This document shows positions 1-8,863 of a stretch of 64,000 nucleotides of DNA, one piece after another. The notes beneath the pieces were generated by a model. That model was not told where the DNA came from. It worked only from the letters and a program-made list of their open reading frames with translations, and made no database searches. How positions within the stretch are numbered: position 1 is the stretch's first letter; every line of letters begins with the position of its first letter. A program made the position numbers and the translations under genes. The stretch is from an uncultured virus (IMG/VR IMGVR_UViG_3300032226_001346) (lineage: Duplodnaviria; Heunggongvirae; Uroviricota; Caudoviricetes): the IMG/VR virus record IMGVR_UViG_3300032226_001346; one strand, 5' to 3'.

Positions 1-79
1 GGTGCCCTTTTCTAGGAGGCTACGGATGCATATTTTAGTGCACATAGGCTTACTTAATCTTAATTAAGAAATACAGATT

Positions 80-322
80 ATGGAGAGAATTTTTAAAAAA
101 GCACAATACGAATTTAAAAATGATGAGCCGGTTTTCAGAGAATCTGTGAAAAATGCCTTTCCAGGGGAATGGAGGGTGGGCGAGCTTGTGCAAACACCTT
201 GGGGAAAGATTAAAAGAATATCTGAGGTGCTACAAAAACCAGATGCCAACGGTTATTCGGGATACTACAGATTAGAAGGTGATGTTTTTTGCCATCTAGG
301 CTTGCATTTAAGAAAACTTTAA
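80..322 (+). CDS. hypothetical protein
   Basis: 80-aa ORF; no recognisable motif. Confidence 0.5.
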   Translation: MERIFKKAQYEFKNDEPVFRESVKNAFPGEWRVGELVQTPWGKIKRISEVLQKPDANGYSGYYRLEGDVFCHLGLHLRKL

Positions 323-352
323 TTAAATTTGGTGTATTTACGTATATAAATT

Positions 353-583
353 ATGAATAATAGCACAATCGAGATTCTAGAGCAAATTATGGCCAAAGCT
401 AATGAAGAAGAGCATTGTCCTTGGTTATGGAAGCTAAATAAAATTGATATGCAAGATGCAGTAAGGTATTTAGAGATCAAAGATATTCGACATAACTCAG
501 GCACGCTCTTCAATATTCCCATTGATCCCACATATAGCTATTCCTGTCTCATATGTGAAAACAAAATTTATTATGTATTATAA
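353..583 (+). CDS. hypothetical protein
   Basis: 76-aa ORF preceded by CGTATATAAATT, a -10-like box close to the ATG. Confidence 0.5.
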   Translation: MNNSTIEILEQIMAKANEEEHCPWLWKLNKIDMQDAVRYLEIKDIRHNSGTLFNIPIDPTYSYSCLICENKIYYVL

Positions 584-1598
584 ATACCTTCATTATGAGC
601 CTTGGTGTTATGGCGGCGGAGGATTTTCTAATACTCTTATGAGCATACAACTAGGAATGATCATTGCCTCTCTCACTGAGAGAGGCTTGATTGTTTATCA
701 AAAGAATAAATTGCACCATCAGCGAGGTGAATTTAGAATTCAAGATTTAATAGATTTTCAAGATGTGACATTTATTAATGAGCCGATGAATGCAGATTGT
801 GATTTTTTACCTTGTGAACAATTTATATGCTATTATTTTGAAAATGCCCCCAACAAAGAATTTCTTCTTAACAGGAGTGCTGTAAATTTAGCTGATTATC
901 TCGAATATAATGAATTAAAAAATTCAGCCCACGGAAGCTTGAGTTATTTTTCATTTAAATTTTATTTAGAAAATAAAGATAGAATATTCAAAAATTTATA
1001 TAAATCTTTTTCATTTAAAAACAAATACACAGATATTGCAGAAGAAATAATCTCAAAATTCGCCCCGGTTAATTCAATGCATATAAGAAGAGGTGATTTT
1101 TTACATCAGCAGCCAAAAAATGTTATTCATTCATTTGAGGATAATTTAGAATTGATTTTTTATAATTTTGCATATGACCCAATATTTGTTTTAACGAATG
1201 AACAAGATAAATCTTTTTTTAAAAAAATTCCGAATGAATTATTTTTTGTGGATCAAATTCTCGAAAAATACAATTTAGATCCTATAGAAATTGGTGTTAT
1301 TTCAATTTTATTGGGATCTAAAATTGAAAATTTTATCGGAAATGCTGGAAGCACTTTTACTGGGATTATTCATCAAATGCGTAAAATGAATAATCCCATA
1401 GGGGAATCTTTTAAATATCTTCATGATCAATATGATTTATGCAATATTGATGGATCAAATTTTTATTCACAAGGTCAATATACATGGAATAAATTAAAAA
1501 GATCAGATTATAATGATTGTTTATGGCAAAAAGAATGGCCGGAAGTGGCTTTACCCTATGGATATAGTTTTGATCTACAAAATCAATTTAAAAATTGA
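573..1598 (+). CDS. O-fucosyltransferase-like glycosyltransferase (GT-B, POFUT/NodZ-like)
   Basis: Motifs GGFSN, MHIRRGDF, FVLTN, FIGNAGSTFT typical of GDP-fucose transferases; ATG at 573 preferred to TTG at 522. Confidence 0.7.
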   Translation: MYYKYLHYEPWCYGGGGFSNTLMSIQLGMIIASLTERGLIVYQKNKLHHQRGEFRIQDLIDFQDVTFINEPMNADCDFLPCEQFICYYFENAPNKEFLLNRSAVNLADYLEYNELKNSAHGSLSYFSFKFYLENKDRIFKNLYKSFSFKNKYTDIAEEIISKFAPVNSMHIRRGDFLHQQPKNVIHSFEDNLELIFYNFAYDPIFVLTNEQDKSFFKKIPNELFFVDQILEKYNLDPIEIGVISILLGSKIENFIGNAGSTFTGIIHQMRKMNNPIGESFKYLHDQYDLCNIDGSNFYSQGQYTWNKLKRSDYNDCLWQKEWPEVALPYGYSFDLQNQFKN

Positions 1599-1599
1599 A

Positions 1600-1821
1600 T
1601 TAAAGCACCGCTTCCATCACTTTGTTGTACCATTCTTCGTTGATATTAATATCCACGCCAGTAACCATACGAAGAAGCCCAGTGTTAAGCGCGGTGTTTC
1701 GCATGTAAGCAATTTTGTCAAGAAATATAATCACATCACCAGTTTTATGAGTTACATGATTAGTGGGGCTTTCGGTGCAAAGATCGAAAATAGCATTTGA
1801 AGGAATTTTAATCGTTTTCAT
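1600..1821 (-). CDS. hypothetical protein
   Basis: 73-aa ORF with CGTATAAAT just upstream. Confidence 0.5.
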   Translation of the reverse strand: MKTIKIPSNAIFDLCTESPTNHVTHKTGDVIIFLDKIAYMRNTALNTGLLRMVTGVDININEEWYNKVMEAVL

Positions 1822-1900
1822 AATTATTTATACGATGTTTTGAAAAGATTTGTGATATCAATTCAGAGGTATACTAGTGGGTCAAAAAGAAACTTTAACA

Positions 1901-2146
1901 ATGGACTGGATTGCTTTTATTTTTCAAATAATTGGCACGGCTTTATTAACTAGAAAAAAAATTTCTTCCTGGTTGTTTTTTTGCGCAGGTAATATTTTGT
2001 GGATTTTTTATTTTATTAATAATCGCCCCATGCTTATTGTGGCAATTTTGCAATCTATATTTTTTGTAGGATTAGATATTTATGGCTTCTTTACATGGCG
2101 TAAAGAGCACAAAAAAGATCACAAAATTGATCACAAAATTGATTGA
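1901..2146 (+). CDS. short PnuC-like membrane protein
   Basis: Three hydrophobic segments, with K..SW...GNILW and YGFFTW pattern seen in short phage PnuC-like proteins. Confidence 0.55.
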   Translation: MDWIAFIFQIIGTALLTRKKISSWLFFCAGNILWIFYFINNRPMLIVAILQSIFFVGLDIYGFFTWRKEHKKDHKIDHKID

Positions 2147-2796
2147 ATATATTGGATAAATTCTAATTGTGATTTAATTGAATTTTCAAGCTCTAGACAA
2201 GAGCAACATGTACCAAAATATTTTTTAGGAACTTTTTTGAGATAGTCAAAATCTGAATTATAATTGCCAATATGTTCCGCCCAAATATCTTTCTTTTGTT
2301 TGATTGCTGAAATATGGTTGCAATAAATAGGATGCTCTCTTATAGCAATTTCAACATCATCGATCCAAAGCTCATCATTCATTTTGTCTTCGTACCAATG
2401 AGATAAATCAAGACAAATTCCTGCATATTCAGATAATTGTGCTGAAGTTAATAATTTTGAATTTTCGGCAATGATGTAATCTTTAAATTGATAGATCGGA
2501 GATTTCTTAAATTCTTCTACATGATTGCCGTGGATATTCATCCATTTTGTTTTGAGGTGCTCCAAACAAAATTCCACCTCTTCAACAGATGAATCCACCC
2601 TTATGTGGACTAAAGGAAATTCCATATAAGAGAGTTTTTTCTTAAGTTTTTTTAAAAGTTTTATTCTTTGCTCTTCATCTTTTAATCCAGTGATGAATAA
2701 TCCAGCCTGATGAATATCTAATTCAAATAATTCTTTTAATTGTATTTTTGTGATATCTTTATTCGTTGTTGTAATGGAAGGAAGAATATTAAACAA
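2131..2796 (-). CDS. hypothetical TIM-barrel-like protein (xylose isomerase/AP endonuclease-like)
   Basis: VHIR, NIH, AEN, CLDLSH, HIS, ELE motifs; TTG at 2796 has GGAGG upstream. Confidence 0.45.
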   Translation of the reverse strand: MFNILPSITTTNKDITKIQLKELFELDIHQAGLFITGLKDEEQRIKLLKKLKKKLSYMEFPLVHIRVDSSVEEVEFCLEHLKTKWMNIHGNHVEEFKKSPIYQFKDYIIAENSKLLTSAQLSEYAGICLDLSHWYEDKMNDELWIDDVEIAIREHPIYCNHISAIKQKKDIWAEHIGNYNSDFDYLKKVPKKYFGTCCSCLELENSIKSQLEFIQYIQSIL

Positions 2797-2926
2797 TATA
2801 AAAATCCTCCATGATCTCTCTTTCCAGAGCATCACACCAATTGGCACGGGTGATAGATTTCTTTCTAACCCATAAAAAAGCCAGAATCGAAGATGCAATT
2901 ATTGTAGAGGCGATTATTTTTTTCAT
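2789..2926 (-). CDS. small membrane protein (45 aa, MKKIIASTIIASSILAFLWVRKK...)
   Basis: Hand-translated; ATGA overlap with the upstream gene's stop; N-terminal hydrophobic helix; below the ORF-track cutoff. Confidence 0.5.
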   Translation of the reverse strand: MKKIIASTIIASSILAFLWVRKKSITRANWCDALEREIMEDFYIV

Positions 2927-3330
2927 ATTTTTTCGTAATTATCTATTAATTCGGAACTACTTCTTATTTTTTCTCCTAAATTATCTACAATTTTAATATT
3001 TAATTCATCACAAACGATTTTTTCTGGTACTTCATTTGCAAATCTATCTCCACCCTTGGCAAATATATCAGGGTTAACTAGTCTTAGACTTTCACAGCAT
3101 GATTTATCTTTGTCTATTGCAATTATTACTTCATCCACGCACTTAAGAGATGAAATAATTTTAAAACGATCTTGTTCCGACATAAAAGATTTACCTTTTT
3201 TAAGATAAGCTTGATAATCATTATTTATAATCACTACAAGCCAATCGCCCAAAGCCTTAGCTTGTTCAAAACATTCAATATGCCCTACGTGAAGCGGGTC
3301 AAAATAACCTGAAGTGCAAACTCTAACCAT
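2923..3330 (-). CDS. cytidylyltransferase (TagD/RfaE-like)
   Basis: SGYFDPLHVGH (HxGH), KGGD and RSSS motifs. Confidence 0.85.
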   Translation of the reverse strand: MVRVCTSGYFDPLHVGHIECFEQAKALGDWLVVIINNDYQAYLKKGKSFMSEQDRFKIISSLKCVDEVIIAIDKDKSCCESLRLVNPDIFAKGGDRFANEVPEKIVCDELNIKIVDNLGEKIRSSSELIDNYEKI

Positions 3331-3396
3331 AATTATTTTTTACATTTTTTAAAGAACTATTTTCCCACTTTCACAAAATCTGAGTATAATAAGATC

Positions 3397-4011
3397 ATGA
3401 ACTTAAGATTAATTGGAGATGTTCACGGCGATCATCATGCTATCATTGAAATATTGCAATCGTGTCATTTATATGATCTCACAATTCAAATAGGTGATTA
3501 TGGTGCTGGTTTTGGTGCTGAAGCATATTTAACTTTAATTGGTGAGGATAAGTTTCGCGTGCTTCACGGCAACCATGACAATCCTTCAATTTTGGCCCGT
3601 TATCCTCACGATTTGGGAAGATTTGGTGTATTTGAGATTGGTGATAAAAAGATATTTTATGTTGCGGGCGCATGGTCGATTGATCGCCAGTACAGAATCC
3701 CTGGTTTATCTTGGTGGGCAGAAGAAGAGCTTAGCTTTAAAGAAGCCGAAGAATGTCTTAGTCTATGGGAAAATGTTTGTAGAGATATAGATTTGGTAAT
3801 TAGCCACGACGGCCCACCAAATTTTACACAACACATCAAAAGAGAATTTCCAATCGAAACACACACTGGTAGATTGTTGTGGGAGATTTATAAAATTCAT
3901 CAACCACCTTTATGGCGAATTGGGCATTGGCATAAATCATTTAAAAAGAAAATTGGAAACACAATCTTTAAGTGCCTTGAAATAAATGAAGAAGAAATTT
4001 TAGAATTTTAA
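3397..4011 (+). CDS. calcineurin-like metallophosphoesterase
   Basis: GDVHG, GDYG, GNHD, SHDGP, GHWH motifs. Confidence 0.9.
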   Translation: MNLRLIGDVHGDHHAIIEILQSCHLYDLTIQIGDYGAGFGAEAYLTLIGEDKFRVLHGNHDNPSILARYPHDLGRFGVFEIGDKKIFYVAGAWSIDRQYRIPGLSWWAEEELSFKEAEECLSLWENVCRDIDLVISHDGPPNFTQHIKREFPIETHTGRLLWEIYKIHQPPLWRIGHWHKSFKKKIGNTIFKCLEINEEEILEF

Positions 4012-4079
4012 TAACATTTTTATTATTTCTTCCGTATAATATATTAACCGTGATTGAGAAGAATCACGATGGAGAAAAA

Positions 4080-4526
4080 ATGAAAAACACACTAAGTACA
4101 ATTAATCCATTCAGTGCATTTGACGTAATATTGAATGAGGCATTTGGTCGGCAATCACCCTTTATGCTCAGCAATGGCATAAAGCACACTACACTCAATA
4201 CAGATTATTTTTTTGAAGACAATAAAATAGTTTTAAATATTGATGTAGCTGGTAATTCAGCCGAAAATGTTGTAGTTGATTTTGATAAAGAAAATTATAC
4301 TTTATATGTTAAAGTAAATAAACAGTATGAAAAGAAAGATGTAAAGCCCACTTTTTACCTCAGAGAAAGAGTATTAAGTGAACAAGTGAGGCAATACAAA
4401 TTGCCGGCAGATATTGATTTAAATTCTTTTTCTGCTGACGTGAAGAATGGCCTTCTTACTGTCAAGGCTTCGATTTTGAAACCTGATGATAAAAAGCCAT
4501 CTTCAGTTAATATTAAAGTAAACTAA
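4080..4526 (+). CDS. small heat shock protein (Hsp20/alpha-crystallin)
   Basis: YLRER...YKLP...ADVKNGLLTV and C-terminal VNIKVN (IxI); GGAG SD before ATG 4080. Confidence 0.85.
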   Translation: MKNTLSTINPFSAFDVILNEAFGRQSPFMLSNGIKHTTLNTDYFFEDNKIVLNIDVAGNSAENVVVDFDKENYTLYVKVNKQYEKKDVKPTFYLRERVLSEQVRQYKLPADIDLNSFSADVKNGLLTVKASILKPDDKKPSSVNIKVN

Positions 4527-4528
4527 TC

Positions 4529-4559
4529 ATTCAAATCCATCTTTTTGGTGGATTTGAAT
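4529..4559. terminator. stem-loop after hsp20
   Basis: ATTCAAATCCA...TGGATTTGAAT inverted repeat. Confidence 0.55.
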
Positions 4560-4613
4560 CTAAATAGAGATTGCGCGAAAGGGCATGATAATATTTTGCG
4601 CAATCTCTATATT

Positions 4614-4904
4614 ATGGAAAGAAAACATTTTGTTTCGGTAAGTATTTTAGATTATACCAAAGAAGGAAATGAATTGTTCAGAAACAAGCATGTAGATAAA
4701 TTATCCATAGGCATTTTAAAATTGTGGATTAACCGATTTATAATCAGAGATGTTTCGTATAAGGCAAGTGAATGGTTTGGTGGAAGCACAGAAAATGACA
4801 ATTATGTTTTTTGGTTTAAACTAGAAAAGGATGCAATTCGCGCAGAAAAATTTCTTCAGGATATTAAAGAAAATCTAATTCCAAGCCATTCGAAATTATA
4901 TTGA
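4614..4904 (+). CDS. hypothetical protein
   Basis: ATG at 4614 (MERKHFV) preferred, because the 4545 start lies inside hairpins. Confidence 0.5.
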   Translation: MERKHFVSVSILDYTKEGNELFRNKHVDKLSIGILKLWINRFIIRDVSYKASEWFGGSTENDNYVFWFKLEKDAIRAEKFLQDIKENLIPSHSKLY

Positions 4905-5447
4905 TTCATATAATTGATCTTGATTTGCTGGCGACCATTCTTTCATTATCCTAGTATAATATGGATAATATTTTAATTTTTGATCTTCAAATAAATTAGA
5001 ATTCAAAAGATCTTTAAGAAATATATATCGAAATACTTGCCAAAACTCATCTACATATCTATGTATACTTGATATAAAGGGAGATCCGTCGGCTCTAAAA
5101 TAATCAACCAAACCCCTAAAACTTAATGTTTTATCAATTGAATTTTTCATAATATTTTTATATTGAGAAATTAATTCTTCATGAAAAATACCCACTTCGT
5201 CAATTGATTGATTCGCGGTGTGTTTTATTATATTTTGCAAATCTGAAATTCTTAATTTCTTTTTATCCAAAGATTTTAGATAACCAATCATAGCGTTTTT
5301 TATCGAGACACTTACATATTGAGCAATTTTATTTGCGTCATCAATGTCTGTAAGCAAAGGTGCCTCACTATTCATTTGGCGAGCCAATTCTTCATTGGAT
5401 TTTTTTTCTATCTCTTCCCAAGAATCAAGTGAAAATTTATACCACAT
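4896..5447 (-). CDS. hypothetical protein with N-terminal MWYKFS tag
   Basis: ATG at 5447 preceded by AGGAG; N-terminus nearly identical to that of the CCA enzyme. Confidence 0.6.
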   Translation of the reverse strand: MWYKFSLDSWEEIEKKSNEELARQMNSEAPLLTDIDDANKIAQYVSVSIKNAMIGYLKSLDKKKLRISDLQNIIKHTANQSIDEVGIFHEELISQYKNIMKNSIDKTLSFRGLVDYFRADGSPFISSIHRYVDEFWQVFRYIFLKDLLNSNLFEDQKLKYYPYYTRIMKEWSPANQDQLYESI

Positions 5448-5448
5448 T

Positions 5449-6264
5449 TTATTTGCTCCTATCTTCGAAATTATATTGAAAAGTATGTTCAATTTCTTGC
5501 ATTAATATATCTGTTTGTTCAGCTGAACATTTTTCAACAATAGATCTAAATTTATCAATCTGAGCTGCTATTTTTTCAGGTGAATCAAATCTACTAAATT
5601 TATGTTTATGTTTTTCTATTTCAGATTGTGTATTTTGTTTTGGTTTAAAAACACTCACACCATCCATAATTTTATATTCTGGCCTCCCTTGATTTTGCCC
5701 GGTTTTATACGCCTGCACTCCACCCCTTACATCAAAATAAAAATATAATTGCTTAATTATTTTAGGAACAAATTTAGCCACTTCGTGTTCTATTCTGTTG
5801 ACAGGATTAGATGTATCTTGTACTAAATCTTCTTTAATTACCGAGTTTTTTTCCACAAAAGAACTTAAACTTGAAATAATCGGCACTTCATTAGCTTTTT
5901 CTGGATTCATGTACAAAAATCTGTCATGATAACTATTTACCACACAATTAAAAATTCTTATGCTCAAGATTTTTTCATATTGACGGATCAATTTATCCAA
6001 ATCTGTTGTTTTTGTTTTTGTTATCTTGCCATTTCTTGATCCGTAAGATGTGGAATTGCCAAGATGTGGCCATTTTTCCACTTGATCGCCGCTTTGATAT
6101 ACTTTATTTTGAGCGCCGCTACCAATTAATCTACTTTCCTCTAAACCCGGAGCTTGTATTTGATAATTTTCGTGATCCACACCCATTTGTAAAAGCTTGT
6201 CGTAAATTGGCCCGGTTTTTGTAGCGCCTATTTCAGATATTATTTCTTCAGATTTTTTAATCAC
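5449..6264 (-). CDS. hypothetical protein, possibly atypical kinase-like fold
   Basis: IGSGAQNKVY..GDQVEK resembles a kinase Gly-loop/beta3 Lys; YFDV and KIMDG downstream. Confidence 0.35.
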   Translation of the reverse strand: MIKKSEEIISEIGATKTGPIYDKLLQMGVDHENYQIQAPGLEESRLIGSGAQNKVYQSGDQVEKWPHLGNSTSYGSRNGKITKTKTTDLDKLIRQYEKILSIRIFNCVVNSYHDRFLYMNPEKANEVPIISSLSSFVEKNSVIKEDLVQDTSNPVNRIEHEVAKFVPKIIKQLYFYFDVRGGVQAYKTGQNQGRPEYKIMDGVSVFKPKQNTQSEIEKHKHKFSRFDSPEKIAAQIDKFRSIVEKCSAEQTDILMQEIEHTFQYNFEDRSK

Positions 6265-6283
6265 AATTATTTATTAAGATTTT

Positions 6284-7888
6284 TTAATCTTCATTACTCC
6301 TTAACCATTCTAAAGCAGAATCTCTATCTGTAAATTCACCATTTTTTTGCGCAATCCAGGCCTTATCAAGTGTTTCTTTAATTTTTGGCCCGGCGTAACC
6401 CAGAATATTCATCACATCATTACCATTAATTAACGAAGCTTGTGATTTCATTCGATTTTCAAGCCAAGAAAGGGCTTCAGATCGTGTTGTGAGTTTATTT
6501 TTAAGAATATCATTTCTGTGCTCTTTTAATATCTGACCTATAATTGGGCCACCCTTTCCATCTGTGTAAGGCATTAAATCCCTGCCTTGAAGAAGGTCTG
6601 GATGTTTTTCTGTGTACACATTATGACTTTTCGCCCGCTCTGACATCGCTTGTGCTTCCTCGGGAAGCATTTTTTCTAAAGGTGGTCTCCCTGAATGATC
6701 AGCTTCAATAAGATGCTCAAGCATTTTAATATTAGAGGGATGAAGTCTTTCGGCGAGCTGTCTAATGAAAGAATCAGGATTATTCATATTAGACATATGA
6801 ACATGATTTAAATGGTTTTCCACTAATGGAACTACTTGATCAATAATTTTTTTGTTTACACCAATTGACTCTAAGAAATGTCGAGCCATAGGCCCACCAG
6901 CTTCTTCATGGCCATGAGATGTAATTCTATCTATACCTTTTTTGTTAATTACTTTTGTCGTAGATGGTTTAGCAAAGTCATGACACAAGGCAGCATAGAC
7001 CAATACTTCTCTTTCCTCTGGTGTCAAATTATTTTCTGTGGCGATTCTCGCCGCTTCATTCATGACATGAGCGGTGTGAGTGGCTACATCGCCTTCAGGA
7101 TGCCACTCTGGTTCTTGATTCACTCCCTTTAGATTGTGTATATGAGGGAAGTTTTCTGACCATCCAGTTTGATAAAGAAATTCAAGTGCTTTTCCAGGTT
7201 CCACTCCTTTTTGAACTAATTTTTTAAATTCTTGTTCCACTCTTTCTTTTGGTAGATGTTGATATTGATCTTTAATTGACTTTGCTAATTCTGCAGTTTC
7301 TGGAGCTATTTTTAAACCAAACCTTGATCCAAGTGACATTAATCTTAACACACGCAAAGGATCTTCGCTAAACGCTTCTGATGTATGCCTCAATGTTTTA
7401 TTTTTAATATCTTCTTCGCCATTATATGGATCAATTAGTGTGTTATTGAGTGGATCGAATAGCATAGAATTGATTGTCACGTCTCTGCGTGATGCAGCTT
7501 GTAACGGTGTAAGATTGGGGTTAACCTGAACATCAAAATCTGTATGCTTAGATCCTGATTTGGAGTCTATTCTTGGCAAAGAAAAATCATATTCTTCTCC
7601 TCCAGCAGAAAGTTTTAATACACCAAAACTCTTCCCCACTTCATTAACATCACCGAATTTTGAAAGTATTTGAACTAATTTATCAGGTAAAATATTATAT
7701 ACCTCTACATCATAATCTTTTGGATGGATATTTGTGTGATGTATTTTATTGAACATAAAATCGCGAACTATGCCACCTACTAAATATCCTATTCCTCCAT
7801 TACGTTTAATAACCAACAAAATATTTTTTAGTTCTGATGGAATTGGTATATTAATTGTAATTTTTTCTTGAGCAAATTTATACCACAT
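6284..7888 (-). CDS. cca: class II tRNA nucleotidyltransferase (CCA-adding enzyme) with HD phosphatase domain
   Basis: LVGGIVRD, DYD, RRDVTIN, EDPLRVLR, HPEGDV..HT and HDFAK motifs. Confidence 0.9.
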   Translation of the reverse strand: MWYKFAQEKITINIPIPSELKNILLVIKRNGGIGYLVGGIVRDFMFNKIHHTNIHPKDYDVEVYNILPDKLVQILSKFGDVNEVGKSFGVLKLSAGGEEYDFSLPRIDSKSGSKHTDFDVQVNPNLTPLQAASRRDVTINSMLFDPLNNTLIDPYNGEEDIKNKTLRHTSEAFSEDPLRVLRLMSLGSRFGLKIAPETAELAKSIKDQYQHLPKERVEQEFKKLVQKGVEPGKALEFLYQTGWSENFPHIHNLKGVNQEPEWHPEGDVATHTAHVMNEAARIATENNLTPEEREVLVYAALCHDFAKPSTTKVINKKGIDRITSHGHEEAGGPMARHFLESIGVNKKIIDQVVPLVENHLNHVHMSNMNNPDSFIRQLAERLHPSNIKMLEHLIEADHSGRPPLEKMLPEEAQAMSERAKSHNVYTEKHPDLLQGRDLMPYTDGKGGPIIGQILKEHRNDILKNKLTTRSEALSWLENRMKSQASLINGNDVMNILGYAGPKIKETLDKAWIAQKNGEFTDRDSALEWLRSNED

Positions 7889-7922
7889 AATAAATATTAC
7901 GGATTTTTATAAAAGGTTCCCT
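7889..7922 (-). promoter_or_regulatory. SigH-like promoter of cca
   Basis: AGGG-N18-GTAA-N8-ATG. Confidence 0.55.
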
Positions 7923-7952
7923 TAAGATTATAATGCTTATTTGATTTAATGA

Positions 7953-8207
7953 GAGAAATTTCAATTCTTAAAATTTCATTTGAATTTAAAAGAAGGATAT
8001 AGATCGCATAAAATTGGACATAAATTGATCCATTCATTTGAAAAAAAATGCAAAGAGAAAAACATCACACAATGGTACACAATAGTTTTTGCTCACTCTG
8101 GGTCTTTAAGATTCTACGAAAGATTAGGCCTACGTGTATTTAGAAAGAAACAAACCGCAGCTATCGAAGATTTAACAATTGTGTATTTGGTCAAAATAAT
8201 TACTTGA
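7953..8207 (+). pseudogene. probable truncated GNAT acetyltransferase remnant
   Basis: HLNLKEGYRSHKIG (acetyl-CoA motif A-like) and FYERLG, but the N-terminal half is absent (in-frame TGA at 7950). Confidence 0.45.
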
Positions 8208-8228
8208 ATTCTTTAAAATTTGCCAGTA

Positions 8229-8816
8229 TTATTCCCTGATATTTTTAACCACTTGATCCCAATCAATTATACTTAAAATGCTATCTATATATTTTTCTTT
8301 ATCTGTGCCAAAATCTGCAAAATATGCATGCTCATACATATCAATCGCCCCGATCAAATCACAACCCCAAATTGGAAAAGTATTTTGTGCGTCTCCAATC
8401 ACATTTATAATTTGTTCGTGAGTGTAACAGTATGCGATATATGCCCAGCCCCTGCTTGACAATGCAGTGGCTTTTAAATCATTAATAAAATTCTTAAAAT
8501 TATCATAGGGGTCTTTAATGAGAGTAAGAAATTCCTTAGTGGGCTTACCGTTTCCATTAAGATGATTAAAAAACACTTGATGATTAATGAACCCACCATA
8601 TGCAAATGTTTGTCCCATTTTTTGGTTTCTCACTTCGGAATATGTGCTATTTATTTTCTTTAAATCTTTTATTTTATTAAGATCGTCTACGATTGTGTTA
8701 TTTTTCTCAGCGTAACCTTGCCACAACTTAAGATGCCCTTCATTAGTTTTTTTACTTATACCTACAGATTCAAGCTTATTTTGAGGTAATTCTTTTGGCA
8801 CTACTAATTTTATCAC
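8229..8816 (-). CDS. sod: Fe/Mn superoxide dismutase
   Basis: Metal ligands present: GHLKLW.GY, NHQVFF, DMYEHAY; GWA motif. Confidence 0.9.
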   Translation of the reverse strand: MIKLVVPKELPQNKLESVGISKKTNEGHLKLWQGYAEKNNTIVDDLNKIKDLKKINSTYSEVRNQKMGQTFAYGGFINHQVFFNHLNGNGKPTKEFLTLIKDPYDNFKNFINDLKATALSSRGWAYIAYCYTHEQIINVIGDAQNTFPIWGCDLIGAIDMYEHAYFADFGTDKEKYIDSILSIIDWDQVVKNIRE

Positions 8817-8863
8817 AATTGTGTTTTAAAGGATTTTAAGTTTTGCACCTTTAAAACTACTGT
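8817..8863. promoter_or_regulatory. overlapping divergent SigH-like promoters
   Basis: AGGA-N18-TAAA-N8-GTG on + and AGGT-N18-TAAA-N8-GTG on -; built on the inverted repeat TTTAAAGG...CCTTTAAA. Confidence 0.6.

Noticed and set aside
2117..2140. 12-bp tandem repeat GATCACAAAATT x2
   Set aside because: Only two copies at overlapping gene ends; likely a local duplication.
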